From a virus: a stretch of DNA of 64,000 nt. Below, piece by piece: positions 1 to 10,193 of this stretch. Position 1 is the stretch's first letter, and each line of letters starts with the position of its first letter. The notes beneath the pieces are model-generated. The model did not search any database. It saw only the letters and a list, made by a program, of their open reading frames with translations, and was not told the origin of the DNA. A program made the position numbers and the translations under genes. The DNA is taken from positions 1-64,000 of IMG/VR virus record IMGVR_UViG_3300028859_000011, one strand, 5' to 3'.

Positions 1-158
1 ATCTTAACCAAACGGTTGGAAGAATTAAAAACCGATCCAACCAAGACCTCGTAAAAAAGGAGCGAATCAGTAAGATTTTAACCAAATAAAAACTTATAAG
101 TAAGTTTGAGTAAGATTTTATAATCGGAACTAATTAAAAATACAGAAAAATTCAATTT

Positions 159-800
159 ATGAAATATATAAAAACTTTTGAAGAAGGAATATCATCAGGA
201 AATGCATCAGGAAAAGCTGGAGTTGGATCAATTCCATTCGGAAGAGGTTATATGCAATCTGGCGGTAATAATGGAGCATCTGGTATTGTTTTTACAGCAG
301 TTGGTGAACCATCTTTTACTACATATAAAAGTATGAAGCATTCAAAAAAAGATTTAAAGGAAAAAAGAAGAAAACTTAAAATGTTTAAAAAATTCAAAGA
401 TAAAGATATAGTAACAGAAACAATAATACCAATTGACCAAATATCATGGAATTATGGAATTATAAATAATGATGAAAATATTGGAAAATATATAATTATG
501 AAAAAATTTGAAACTTATGCATTTAAATCAACTAATGGACACCGAAATGAATTAGATGAATTTATTCAAAATAATATAGCAAAAATAATATTATCAAGAA
601 AATCAGGAGTTGGAATTACTTATATGATAAAATATAAAAATATTCCGGAAAAATTAAAAGATTATTTTATTAATTGTGATTTTTTAAATGATGAAGAAAA
701 AAATTATATGTTAGTCATAAAAAGACATAATACTATTGAATTTATAGGAACAAAAGAAGAATGCGAAATTAAAATATCAGCAAAAAAATACAATTTATAA
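159..800 (+). CDS. Family A tagged protein (putative internal head protein)
   Basis: Starts MKYIKTFEE, ends AKKYNL. Gly/Ser-rich then Lys-rich N-half; C-half shares the KYxNIPxxLKxYF module with the 21425-22439 paralogues. Confidence 0.6.
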   Translation: MKYIKTFEEGISSGNASGKAGVGSIPFGRGYMQSGGNNGASGIVFTAVGEPSFTTYKSMKHSKKDLKEKRRKLKMFKKFKDKDIVTETIIPIDQISWNYGIINNDENIGKYIIMKKFETYAFKSTNGHRNELDEFIQNNIAKIILSRKSGVGITYMIKYKNIPEKLKDYFINCDFLNDEEKNYMLVIKRHNTIEFIGTKEECEIKISAKKYNL

Positions 801-801
801 T

Positions 802-1185
802 ATGAAAAAATTTGAAGAATTTATAAAAGAAGATGCATTTTCAACTATGGGCAATACAGAAGGAATGGGTGCTGTCGTAGCTGCTCAACCTGGAAGTATT
901 CCTGGAACTCAAGGAACAACTGGCTCTGGTGATATTGGGCAACCTCTTGCAACATATTCTAAGCCAGTAGTAAATATGAAAAGACATAAGAAAAATAAAA
1001 AGAAATTAAGAAAAGTAGAATCTTTTGATATGTTTATGATGGAAGAAAATGATATAGATAATTTCACTGCAAGATATTATGATAACTATGACGATGAAGA
1101 AGAACCAAGTTATGAAGTAAATCTTCAAGATATTGATGAAAATAATATTAAAAAAATTCAAATGTATGAAAAAGATAATAAATAA
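802..1185 (+). CDS. Family A leader protein, paralogue of the 159-800 N-half
   Basis: Starts MKKFEEFIKE (compare T4 IPII/IPIII leader MKTYQEFIAE); Gly-rich, then basic, then acidic blocks. Confidence 0.55.
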   Translation: MKKFEEFIKEDAFSTMGNTEGMGAVVAAQPGSIPGTQGTTGSGDIGQPLATYSKPVVNMKRHKKNKKKLRKVESFDMFMMEENDIDNFTARYYDNYDDEEEPSYEVNLQDIDENNIKKIQMYEKDNK

Positions 1186-1215
1186 ACTTTAATAAATTAA
1201 AGAATTAAAATTAAT

Positions 1216-1761
1216 ATGGATAGCATAAGATCGAAATATCAGAAATATGGAGTTAAAAATTTTTACGAATGGAATTTTGATCAATACAATAATCCTCATG
1301 AACCTATAATACAAAAATCTATAAAATTTGTAAATGATAATTGGAAAGTAAATTTTAATAAATCTTTAGATTTGGCTGCTGGTAACGGAGAAGTTACAAA
1401 AACACTAATCAATCTTGGTTATAATAATATTGATGCATGTGATGCATATTCATGTGAATATTATGAAAAAGAGAATAATAGAAAATGTCAAAAAATATCA
1501 TTTGATGATATTATAAAAGGAGCATTAGATAACAAAAAATATGATATTATAATTTGTAGTTTTGCCCTACATTTATTAGAAGATTCAAAATTACCAATAT
1601 TTTTATATAAATTAACACAAATCAGTAATCAATTATTAATATTATCTCCTCACAAAAGACCAGAAATAAAAGAAGAATGGGGTTGGAAACTTCAAAATGA
1701 AATAGTTATAGAAAAAGTTAGAACTAGGCTTTTTAATAATATTTTTTCTAAACAATTTTAA
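1216..1761 (+). CDS. Class I SAM-dependent methyltransferase
   Basis: Motif I SLDLAAGNG, IDACD and YDIIICSFALH. Confidence 0.8.
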   Translation: MDSIRSKYQKYGVKNFYEWNFDQYNNPHEPIIQKSIKFVNDNWKVNFNKSLDLAAGNGEVTKTLINLGYNNIDACDAYSCEYYEKENNRKCQKISFDDIIKGALDNKKYDIIICSFALHLLEDSKLPIFLYKLTQISNQLLILSPHKRPEIKEEWGWKLQNEIVIEKVRTRLFNNIFSKQF

Positions 1762-1801
1762 TAATAATTTATATAACATTATAAAATAAAATTATACGAT
1801 A

Positions 1802-2803
1802 ATGGACTATAACAAGGATTATTATAAAGAATTAGGATTAAATAAAGATTCATCAGAAGAAGAAATAAAAAAGAAATATAGAAAACTAGCTATAAAATAT
1901 CATCCAGATAAAAATCAAGGAAATAAAGAAAGCGAAGAAAAATTTAAATCTATATCGGAAGCTTATGAAATTTTATCTGACATTACCAAAAAACAAGAAT
2001 TTGATACACGTAGTCCAAATGGAAAGTCGTATTCACCATTTGGAGGATTTGAATCTAGTTTTTTTGGAGGAGGTTCAGATATTTTTAATCAATTTTTTGG
2101 AGGTAATAGTCCATTCGGTAATTTTTACAAAAGAGAAGAATTTTCTGAAAATTTAGATATAAACATTAATGTCAACATAGATTTTAAACAAATATATCAA
2201 AATGATAAAATAGCAATAAAATATAACAAATTTATTAATTGTGATGATTGTAATGGTACAGGATTCGATAAATCTGGACAATCATATGATTGTGATGTTT
2301 GTGATGGAACAGGATTAAATAACGGAAGAACTTGTGAATATTGTCAAGGTACTGGTAAAATTCACAGTGAAAAATGTAAAAAATGTAATGGTGAAAAAGT
2401 AATTTTAAAAGAAACTGAAGTTATTTTACAAAATATATCCGAAATAAGAGGAAATTCTAGAAATGTTCAATATGGCTATGGTAGTCAATCAAAATATTAC
2501 AGAGAAAAAGTAGGAAGTTTAATATTAAATATTAATAGCATAAATAATAGCAAATGTAGTATAATAAATAATTATGATTTAATTTTGACATTAGATATAC
2601 ATTATCAAGATGCAATAGATGGTAATAAAATAGATTATATACATGTTGATGATTCAAAATTAGAAATACAACTACCAAATAAAACTAAAAATGATGATAT
2701 AATTAAAATAAAAGATAAGGGTTTATTAAAGAATGATGGAAAAAGAGCAGATTTATATTTAAAAATAAATATAATAATTGACTATACTAAATTAAATATA
2801 TAA
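1802..2803 (+). CDS. dnaJ: DnaJ co-chaperone
   Basis: J-domain with HPD, G/F-rich linker, four CxxCxGxG-type zinc motifs and a C-terminal domain. Confidence 0.95.
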   Translation: MDYNKDYYKELGLNKDSSEEEIKKKYRKLAIKYHPDKNQGNKESEEKFKSISEAYEILSDITKKQEFDTRSPNGKSYSPFGGFESSFFGGGSDIFNQFFGGNSPFGNFYKREEFSENLDININVNIDFKQIYQNDKIAIKYNKFINCDDCNGTGFDKSGQSYDCDVCDGTGLNNGRTCEYCQGTGKIHSEKCKKCNGEKVILKETEVILQNISEIRGNSRNVQYGYGSQSKYYREKVGSLILNINSINNSKCSIINNYDLILTLDIHYQDAIDGNKIDYIHVDDSKLEIQLPNKTKNDDIIKIKDKGLLKNDGKRADLYLKINIIIDYTKLNI

Positions 2804-2823
2804 TTAAAAATAAATTAAATAAG

Positions 2824-3126
2824 ATGAAAAGAGAAGATTTTGATGTAGCAGCAGGATTAGTATATAGAATCGATAAAATTGAAAAAACAATTTTTGGATT
2901 ACAACAGTTAACCAAATGTGATAAATATAAAATAATAGGTTATCAATCACAAAGAATGATTAATATAGATGAAGTTGAACTAAATAAAGGAGATATATCA
3001 ACTGAGGTTTTCACTCAAGATATACTTGAATATTTTATAAATACATTAAACTTAGAATTAAATGAATTGAGGGAAAATTTTGATAAATTATTCAATAAAA
3101 ATGATGTTGAAGATATAAATATATAA
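2824..3126 (+). CDS. Hypothetical protein
   Basis: Clean ORF in the dnaJ-rpsU run. Confidence 0.6.
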   Translation: MKREDFDVAAGLVYRIDKIEKTIFGLQQLTKCDKYKIIGYQSQRMINIDEVELNKGDISTEVFTQDILEYFINTLNLELNELRENFDKLFNKNDVEDINI

Positions 3127-3149
3127 TTAAAAAATAATATAAATATAAA

Positions 3150-3344
3150 ATGTTAATAGTAAAATTAAATAATGGTGATAGCATAGAAAAAGCGTTGAAA
3201 ATATTCAAGAATAAATTTAGAAAAACTAAAGTTACTGAGCAATTAAGAGAAAATCAATATTACAGTAAGCCATCAGAAGAAAAAAGGTTAAATATAAAGA
3301 AAGCTATATATAAACAAGAAAAAGAAAATCAATCAGAAGATTGA
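3150..3344 (+). CDS. rpsU: Ribosomal protein bS21 homologue
   Basis: 64 aa: VKLNNGDSIEKALKIFKNKF...LRENQYYSKPSEEKR matches the bS21 pattern. Confidence 0.9.
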   Translation: MLIVKLNNGDSIEKALKIFKNKFRKTKVTEQLRENQYYSKPSEEKRLNIKKAIYKQEKENQSED

Positions 3345-3356
3345 TTTTCTTTTTCT
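3317..3356. terminator. Bidirectional hairpin shared by two convergent genes
   Basis: Perfect 18 bp arms AGAAAAAGAAAATCAATC / GATTGATTTTCTTTTTCT with a 4 nt loop, inside both coding ends. Confidence 0.75.
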
Positions 3357-3847
3357 ATATCAAATATTTTTTGCAATTTAAGTTTACGTACCAATTTTTT
3401 AGAATCTGATAAAATCTCATCTTTTGATTTATAACAAATAATATTATTTAAATCAACATATAATCTATCACTACATATTGATCCTCTTCTATAAAAAGAA
3501 TTATCTAAAGGAATATAATCATCATTAAATATTGGTCTTTTTATAAGATAATTAAGATCGGATTCTAGTAAATATTTATAATTTTTTTTAATTTTTTTTA
3601 ATATTTCAGAATAAACATCATTCCAATCTTCACCGATTTTAGATTTTATGAATTCTGATAAAGGTCTATCATCGTAGTTATTATAATTATAATAACTATT
3701 CTTAATTTTTTTCATTGATTGATGAATAGGCAATTCTGAAAATAAATCAATATTATGATTTCTTAGTGTTTTTTTACATGTATATTTATTTCTTGATTTT
3801 CTATACTTTCTATATAAATTTTTATCTTTAAGCATAAGAATAATCAT
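3329..3847 (-). CDS. Hypothetical protein with Family B tag
   Basis: RPLSEFIKSKIGEDWNDVYSEI core; VRKLKLQKI near the C-terminus. Confidence 0.7.
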   Translation of the reverse strand: MIILMLKDKNLYRKYRKSRNKYTCKKTLRNHNIDLFSELPIHQSMKKIKNSYYNYNNYDDRPLSEFIKSKIGEDWNDVYSEILKKIKKNYKYLLESDLNYLIKRPIFNDDYIPLDNSFYRRGSICSDRLYVDLNNIICYKSKDEILSDSKKLVRKLKLQKIFDIEKENQSSD

Positions 3848-3853
3848 TAAATT

Positions 3854-4300
3854 TTAAGATTCATTAATCAGATCTCTATATTTTGCAGCAGTTTCATAAT
3901 CTTCTACTTTAACGCAATCTAACATTTTATCAGTAAGAATTTCATGCTGTATTTCACGTATTTTAGGATTATCATATTTATAGTTTTCTATAAAATCTTG
4001 AAATATATCAAAATATTTTTTAGTTTCACTAATAACTTCATCTTTCTTAATATTAGCAACATTAAACATATCTAGCATATCAATATGTTCATTAACTTTT
4101 TCCATTTTAACATACACCTCATAAGCATCAATCATCAAATCATCTATATGAAAAACATCTGTATCTACTGAATCATTAGTCATAGATAGTGCTTTATCAA
4201 ATAATTTTTGATGTTTAAATTCTCTATGATCAAATATATAAAATGTTTGTATCCAAAAAATAAGAGTCATGATGTCTTTTACATTAATTTTTGTTTTCAT
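3854..4300 (-). CDS. Protein with C-terminal UVR (UvrB/UvrC) coiled-coil motif
   Basis: C-terminus MLDCVKVEDYETAAKYRDLI fits the UVR consensus EDYExAAxxRD. Confidence 0.7.
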   Translation of the reverse strand: MKTKINVKDIMTLIFWIQTFYIFDHREFKHQKLFDKALSMTNDSVDTDVFHIDDLMIDAYEVYVKMEKVNEHIDMLDMFNVANIKKDEVISETKKYFDIFQDFIENYKYDNPKIREIQHEILTDKMLDCVKVEDYETAAKYRDLINES

Positions 4301-4321
4301 ATTTTTTTGTTTTATTAATTA

Positions 4322-4732
4322 TTATTTAGAATTTATTTTTTTAATCTCATCATTTAATATAATTAATTGATTAATAGTTAAACTATTAAAAATATTTTTA
4401 ATATTTTCAGTATTTAATATCTTTATTTTTTCTGTTATTTCATTAACAACATTATTTTTTTCTAATTTTTCTAATTTTTCTAATCTTTGTTTTTTTATAT
4501 CTGGACCTGGTATCAATTTACCTACCCTATATAAATCAATAATATTTTTACTTTCTTTTAAAGTAAGATTAGAATATTCTTTCATCATTCTAATTGACGT
4601 TATATATCCTGTACCTGAAAGGTATGCATCAAATCCTGTACCTGAAAGGTATGCATCAAATTCAGATTGATGTTCATATAATATTTTTGCTGCTAATATT
4701 AACGTATCGTTATTTAGTATCACATCTATCAT
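4322..4732 (-). CDS. Protein with ribosomal bL12 C-terminal-domain-like segment
   Basis: ITSIRMMKEYSNLTLKESKNIID resembles the bL12 CTD pattern IxAIKxVRExTGLGLKEAKDLVE. Confidence 0.5.
   Translation of the reverse strand: MIDVILNNDTLILAAKILYEHQSEFDAYLSGTGFDAYLSGTGYITSIRMMKEYSNLTLKESKNIIDLYRVGKLIPGPDIKKQRLEKLEKLEKNNVVNEITEKIKILNTENIKNIFNSLTINQLIILNDEIKKINSK
4606..4659. repeat. Exact 27 bp tandem duplication
   Basis: ATCCTGTACCTGAAAGGTATGCATCAA twice, giving FDAYLSGTG twice in 4322-4732. Confidence 0.95.
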
Positions 4733-4769
4733 TTTATCATCTTTAAAGTAGTATATTTATTTTATTCTA

Positions 4770-4777
4770 CAAAGATA
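4770..4777 (-). promoter_or_regulatory. Bacteroidota-type sigma70 -7 box (TAnnTTTG), representative of nine copies
   Basis: TATCTTTG on the minus strand here. Plus-strand copies at 6798, 24846, 26693, 31940, 48967, 53647, 60398 and 62316, each shortly upstream of a co-oriented gene. Confidence 0.75.
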
Positions 4778-4801
4778 CTACTTTATTATTGAACAACAAA
4801 A

Positions 4802-5113
4802 TTAATTGAATAATTTTTTCAATTTCTTTTTTCTGAGCATTTTTATACCACCAATTATCTCAACATTATCAAATTTAAATTCTTCATATTCTCTTTTCTT
4901 AGAAACATATAATGTACTATACATAACTAGTAAAAAATATTGTTCTTTGAAAAGTGGATGATCTTTTTTTATTTTATTTTTCAATTGAAATATTTTCAAT
5001 TTAAATAAATAAGTAATAAAAGCTTCACTTTTAGATGTTAGCTCGATAGGAATTTTATTTTTTATATGAAAATTAATATCCTTAACAAAATCATATAATT
5101 GATAATTAGACAT
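4802..5113 (-). CDS. Hypothetical protein with Family B tag
   Basis: Ends LRKKKLKKLFN. Confidence 0.65.
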   Translation of the reverse strand: MSNYQLYDFVKDINFHIKNKIPIELTSKSEAFITYLFKLKIFQLKNKIKKDHPLFKEQYFLLVMYSTLYVSKKREYEEFKFDNVEIIGGIKMLRKKKLKKLFN

Positions 5114-5124
5114 TGCTTCATTTT

Positions 5125-6339
5125 TTATTCTGAATAAATCTTAGGAGGTGAAGTTAAATAATATAAATTTGATGATTGATTAATTAATATAGAATCTAAT
5201 GGCTGATAACCCAATTGACCATCATTAAATATAACATTATTAAATAATCCGCATAAAAATAATCCATTATTTATTGTACCACCAGACCAAAATCCATTCC
5301 ACCAAGATCCATTATTAAATATTCCATCTATCCATATACCTTCGAGCCAATTTCCATTATCAAAAGTTCCATTTAAATGTGTGCCACCATACCAAACTCC
5401 ATTATTCCAAGTACCACCCAACCAAATAGTTCTATTATGATTATCCGATACCGAAGTTAATCCAGACTGTATATTTAATCCAGAATGAAATTCTCCATTA
5501 TTAAATATTCCATCATGCCAAATAACTGATGAAAATGCTAATTCTGTTGTTCCTGAAACAACCCAAGATCCAAATCTGCTTCTAATATTAGGATCAGTTT
5601 GATTGAATTCTCCACTCCACCAATGACAAGCAGATGTATCTGTTAATGTACTCAAAAATTGAACTACATATGGATTTCCTACAAAATCTCCACCATTAAA
5701 TTTTCCATTCCACCATTCGCATCCTTGAAATGTACCATTCATAAATGTACCATTGAGCCATTCACTATTATAAAAAATTCCATTTTTAAATATACTATCA
5801 GTATCATAATAACTCAACCAAACAGCATTTCTAAAAACTCCATCATGAAACACTCCTGATTCCCATCTAGTTTCATAATAAATAATTTCGCTATTTAGCA
5901 TTTCTAACCAAGAATCAACATCTTTATCAGTTCCTTGTCCAATACCAGGACCAAAATAACCATTAAAAAAGTCTCCTCTTCTCCAAATACCATGTCTAAA
6001 TTGAGAATATATTGGATTATTTTTTTCTATAATTCTTATATTTCTTTGTAATAATTGGGTAGTATCAAAGCGATATGAATAAAATTTTCCATTTTTCCAT
6101 TCACCATCTTCCCATATTCCAGAATACCATGTTCCATCTTTCCATTCACCTGCTTTCCAAGTACCAGAATACCAAACTAATCCATAGTTATCCTGTCCTA
6201 TTATTGCATTTTCAATAATAGCATTTAATAACCAAATATACTTTCTTTTAATGATATCTGGTGTTAATCCATCAATCATGACACAATTCAATAATGCATC
6301 AGAATAATTCGTTATATTATAAATATTTGTTGCTGCCAT
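5125..6339 (-). CDS. Trp/Gly pentapeptide-repeat (beta-solenoid-like) protein, probably virion-associated
   Basis: Long runs of [WF]xxGx units (WYSGTWKAGEWKDGTWYSGIWEDGEWKNGKF); TTTTATATATAG motif upstream. Confidence 0.6.
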   Translation of the reverse strand: MAATNIYNITNYSDALLNCVMIDGLTPDIIKRKYIWLLNAIIENAIIGQDNYGLVWYSGTWKAGEWKDGTWYSGIWEDGEWKNGKFYSYRFDTTQLLQRNIRIIEKNNPIYSQFRHGIWRRGDFFNGYFGPGIGQGTDKDVDSWLEMLNSEIIYYETRWESGVFHDGVFRNAVWLSYYDTDSIFKNGIFYNSEWLNGTFMNGTFQGCEWWNGKFNGGDFVGNPYVVQFLSTLTDTSACHWWSGEFNQTDPNIRSRFGSWVVSGTTELAFSSVIWHDGIFNNGEFHSGLNIQSGLTSVSDNHNRTIWLGGTWNNGVWYGGTHLNGTFDNGNWLEGIWIDGIFNNGSWWNGFWSGGTINNGLFLCGLFNNVIFNDGQLGYQPLDSILINQSSNLYYLTSPPKIYSE

Positions 6340-6422
6340 ATAAATCTATATATAAAAAAAGTTCATTTAAAATAAAACAAATACTAAAACAAATACTAAA
6401 AATAAAAAATGATTTTATTATA

Positions 6423-6773
6423 ATGAAAAAAACATTATTTATTGATATTGATGGTATATTATTTAAACATAAAGTAAATTTATCAAATATTCTTTTTGAA
6501 GAATCTGAAATTTTACCAGGAGTTATTGAAAAAATAAATAAATGGAATGCTGATGGACATAAAATAATATTAACAACTGGTAGAACAGAATCAATGAGGA
6601 AAAAAACAGATGAGCAATTACAAAAAAATGGAATATTCTATGATCAGCTAATAATGGGATTAACTAGAGGTGAAAGAATATTAATTAATGATATAAAACC
6701 TAATGTTAATATGATTACAGCTTCTGCAATTCAAGTAAATAGAAACGAAGGATTAATAAATATTGAAATATAA
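6423..6773 (+). CDS. HAD-superfamily phosphatase
   Basis: Start reassigned to MKKTLFIDIDG (DxD motif); IILTTGR motif II; YDQLIMG...INDIK. Confidence 0.8.
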   Translation: MKKTLFIDIDGILFKHKVNLSNILFEESEILPGVIEKINKWNADGHKIILTTGRTESMRKKTDEQLQKNGIFYDQLIMGLTRGERILINDIKPNVNMITASAIQVNRNEGLINIEI

Positions 6774-6811
6774 TTTTATTATTCAAATAAATTATACTAT
6801 CTTTGATAAAA

Positions 6812-7120
6812 ATGAAAATATTAGGTTTATTCAAAAAGAAAAAAAAAGAAACAATATTAAAATTAGAATTAACATATGATGAAATATTCAATGTTCAAAA
6901 TTTTAATTATTGGTTCTGTAAAGAATATGATGGATATGATGGTCACAAAGGTTCAAGTGGTATATTTAAGCGTTTAGATAAATTATCTCCTAATATGATT
7001 GAAGATTGGTTCAAGCATATAAATGTTAATTACAATTTAGACGATACTGTGCATATGAACGAATTAATACGTAAAAATTGGCTAATATTAATAGATATGA
7101 AAGAAAAAAGAAAATATTAA
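6812..7120 (+). CDS. Hypothetical protein
   Basis: First ATG used instead of the track TTG; TATCTTTG box immediately upstream. Confidence 0.55.
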   Translation: MKILGLFKKKKKETILKLELTYDEIFNVQNFNYWFCKEYDGYDGHKGSSGIFKRLDKLSPNMIEDWFKHINVNYNLDDTVHMNELIRKNWLILIDMKEKRKY

Positions 7121-7122
7121 TT

Positions 7123-7704
7123 TTAAATACTAAACCACAATCCAACACCAAAATCAACAATATTAAGTTTATCAAATTCATGAAGAACAAAAACAGAATG
7201 TGATCCATCTAATGTATCAGAATTAGAAAAATTAACATTAACATCAGAGCCTATACATATAATTTTTATATTTTTATTCGTTCCAGTTGCTAATGGTAAA
7301 TAATAATTTATTGTACTTGTTCCAGAAAAAAACATAATATTATTATCCGTAGTAGTTCCTGTGTGATCTGCATAATAAGTTTGAAATCCAATCTGAATAT
7401 TTTTAGTATATAAAGTATCATTAGATGGATCAAAATATAAAGTATCATCTGTCAAATAATCGTTCGTTACTCCTGAATCTTCTACAAAATATACTTGCTT
7501 TATAGTATTTTCTCCAACTCTCATCCATACATTTTCATCTGTGGTATTAACAAAAAATTCACCTACATAAATATCTGTAGTTCTCCATGCCGGCAATAAA
7601 GTATGATCATTATAAGATGGTCCTGTTAATGGAATTGTTGGTGCATCTCCTGTACCAGAATTTCTTTTTATTACAATTCTACTGAATTTTTCAACTTTAG
7701 ACAT
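7123..7704 (-). CDS. Fibre/structural protein with Mtd-N-like anchor
   Basis: RIVIKRNSGTGDAP...VGEFFVNTTDENVW resembles the IxxKRS...GELAxNTxD fibre N-terminal motif; late-type motif upstream. Confidence 0.55.
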   Translation of the reverse strand: MSKVEKFSRIVIKRNSGTGDAPTIPLTGPSYNDHTLLPAWRTTDIYVGEFFVNTTDENVWMRVGENTIKQVYFVEDSGVTNDYLTDDTLYFDPSNDTLYTKNIQIGFQTYYADHTGTTTDNNIMFFSGTSTINYYLPLATGTNKNIKIICIGSDVNVNFSNSDTLDGSHSVFVLHEFDKLNIVDFGVGLWFSI

Positions 7705-7757
7705 TAATAATTAATTATTTTTTATTATATATAAATTTTTTATTAAATAAAAATATA

Positions 7758-9899
7758 TTAGTATTCTGAGATAGAAGAATCTAGTCCTCCATCAATCAAT
7801 GTATATAACAACGGAGTTATATTTGGACCAGGTACATTTACATTCATTCCAGCATCCACTACATCTCCTAATATATCATTAATTCCATTCAAAGAATCAT
7901 CAGAACCACCATCTAATAAATTCCAATATATCTCAATTGTATTACCCGATAATATAGTCAAAGGTACAGGCAATCTTGATTTTCTATCAGCGCCAATATA
8001 CACCAACTCAATAGTAGAAAAATATAATAATGGATCTGCATTTGAATCTATATTTGTTCCTAAATTAAATAATTTTAGAATAAATTCATTATTATCATTT
8101 TCATATAAAATACCTGTTGCATAATTTCTAAAAAATACATCTGATACTAATATATCTGCATATGATTTACATATATACTTTCTTTCATTATCATTTTTTT
8201 GAATATACCAATCATATGATTCATTTATATAAATTTGATATAAAATATCTGAAATATTTGATAATCCATCTATATTTTGAATTGCAATTATATTAGTAGA
8301 AGGAAAAAAAGGAAATGACGACGGTTTTTCTATTATCATTTCATTATCATAAACATTATAAATTAATGATTTTCCAGTTAATGTAGTACCAAACACATTA
8401 ACGTATGTATATGAATTAAAAATAGTTAATAATCCACCTTGATTATATATAATTCTTATTCTATTATTATCAGTATATTCAAATGTAAATCCAGTTAATA
8501 AACAATCATTATAAAATGAATATCCAGATGTAAATTCACTAGGCTCTAATCTATTTAAATTGTCAAATAATTTATAACTAATATACTGATTATATGTATT
8601 AAAATTATAACTTGACCAAGTATTATTATCATTTAATGATAATGTTAAATCATCATAATCAAAATATTTATCATAATCACAATTTTTTGCTGTAAATCTT
8701 ATATCTAAATAATTTATATCATAATTCCTAATTATTATATCATAATAATCTGAATAAGGAGTATATGAGGACAATTTATTTAAAACATCATTCCAATCTA
8801 TTGCAATATTTAAATTTTCAATAGAAAAATTATAATTTTTTAAATCAGTTAAAATTCTATTAGGTATAGTATCTTCTAATACTATATTACCATCTTTAAT
8901 ATTTTTTATAAAAGTATTCAATGTTAAAATACTTGTAATTCCACTATAAATATTCAATTCAATATAATCTCCTATAATACAATCAAAATATATCGAATAT
9001 GGTATCGCAGTAAATCCTTTATAAATATTATTAGTAATTTGATTAGTAATACCAGTAAATTCAGAACTCAATGTAGTACCTGATCTAATAATATATGAAT
9101 TGTGATGATAATCTATTCTAGCAAGTTCAGATGAAAAATATAAACTATTAATATCAAAATCAATTTCATTATAATTTTCTGCATTAGTACTCAATTGTTT
9201 TCTTGCAATATCATAATCAGTAAAAAATATTTTAGCTGTATTGCCAGATACTGAATATGAACTATATAAATCATACGTAATTAAATTTTTAAGTATAAAA
9301 GAATTACCTTCAATAAAATATTTAGCTTCACCAGTTATTGGAAAATTAGAGCCAACATTTAATAAAAAAAATTGTTTATCCGCATTATTTCCTAATTTTA
9401 CACTACAACTAAATTTATCAGATTTTTCTCTATTACTTAAAATATTATAATTTATTAAAAAATTGTTATTTGATACTATATAAATATCATTTTCTATTTC
9501 ACTACCTGCATTTTGTGATTTTAGCAAAACTAAATGTCCTGGTTTAAGATTAACTCCATTAATTTGTAACCATTGTTTAGAAATATCTATATGAGTATCT
9601 GATGCAACATCAACAAATATTATATTTTTAAGTACTCTATCAATAACATCATATTCATTATACATATTAACAATAGAATATCCATCTCCTGTTAATAAAT
9701 TTTGACTGTTATAAATATCATCTAAATTATTAATATATGTGTAAGTAACTCCTGTTAAATATTTATTAAATTTAAAATAAATATCATCAACAGCAATAAA
9801 TTTATTTTCATCATATTGAACTGAACGAGTTTGTTGAATAAATGATCCATCGTTTTGCTTAACCCAATCAAATTTTCTAGATTTTCTATTTTTTTGCAT
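7758..9899 (-). CDS. Virion structural protein (tail/baseplate region)
   Basis: LQINGVNLKPGHLVLLKSQ...ENDIY matches the IDGVxLxxGDRVLVKxQ...ENGIY motif of phage fibre/baseplate proteins. Confidence 0.55.
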   Translation of the reverse strand: MQKNRKSRKFDWVKQNDGSFIQQTRSVQYDENKFIAVDDIYFKFNKYLTGVTYTYINNLDDIYNSQNLLTGDGYSIVNMYNEYDVIDRVLKNIIFVDVASDTHIDISKQWLQINGVNLKPGHLVLLKSQNAGSEIENDIYIVSNNNFLINYNILSNREKSDKFSCSVKLGNNADKQFFLLNVGSNFPITGEAKYFIEGNSFILKNLITYDLYSSYSVSGNTAKIFFTDYDIARKQLSTNAENYNEIDFDINSLYFSSELARIDYHHNSYIIRSGTTLSSEFTGITNQITNNIYKGFTAIPYSIYFDCIIGDYIELNIYSGITSILTLNTFIKNIKDGNIVLEDTIPNRILTDLKNYNFSIENLNIAIDWNDVLNKLSSYTPYSDYYDIIIRNYDINYLDIRFTAKNCDYDKYFDYDDLTLSLNDNNTWSSYNFNTYNQYISYKLFDNLNRLEPSEFTSGYSFYNDCLLTGFTFEYTDNNRIRIIYNQGGLLTIFNSYTYVNVFGTTLTGKSLIYNVYDNEMIIEKPSSFPFFPSTNIIAIQNIDGLSNISDILYQIYINESYDWYIQKNDNERKYICKSYADILVSDVFFRNYATGILYENDNNEFILKLFNLGTNIDSNADPLLYFSTIELVYIGADRKSRLPVPLTILSGNTIEIYWNLLDGGSDDSLNGINDILGDVVDAGMNVNVPGPNITPLLYTLIDGGLDSSISEY

Positions 9900-9950
9900 C
9901 TATAAACTTTTTTTCTTTATTTGTATATATTAAAAATAAATAAGGTAATT

Positions 9951-10193
9951 ATGAACGATATAAAAAATGGAGATATTGTAACACAAAATGAAAATTTTTA
10001 TCATTATTGGAAATGTGAAAAATTTAATTCAAAAGTAATTAGAATAAAAGGCAAAGTTGTATATCTTAATGATTCAATATCAATAATAAACAGAAATGGA
10101 ACAATACAAATAACCAATACATTTAATTTCGATTATTTAAAAATAAATATAACAGAAACAAGAAAAGAAAAATTATTAAAAATAAATGAGTGA
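9951..10193 (+). CDS. Small SH3/KOW-like protein with Family B tag
   Basis: First ATG used; IKNGDIV start, ends RKEKLLKINE. Confidence 0.6.
   Translation: MNDIKNGDIVTQNENFYHYWKCEKFNSKVIRIKGKVVYLNDSISIINRNGTIQITNTFNFDYLKINITETRKEKLLKINE

Noticed and set aside
1-130. AGTAAGATTTTA repeated twice near the window start
   Set aside because: Only two 12-mers after a probable truncated gene end; too little context to interpret.
6294-6422. N-terminal extension of the HAD gene
   Set aside because: It overlaps a divergent gene and its promoter; the HAD motif begins right after the ATG at 6423.
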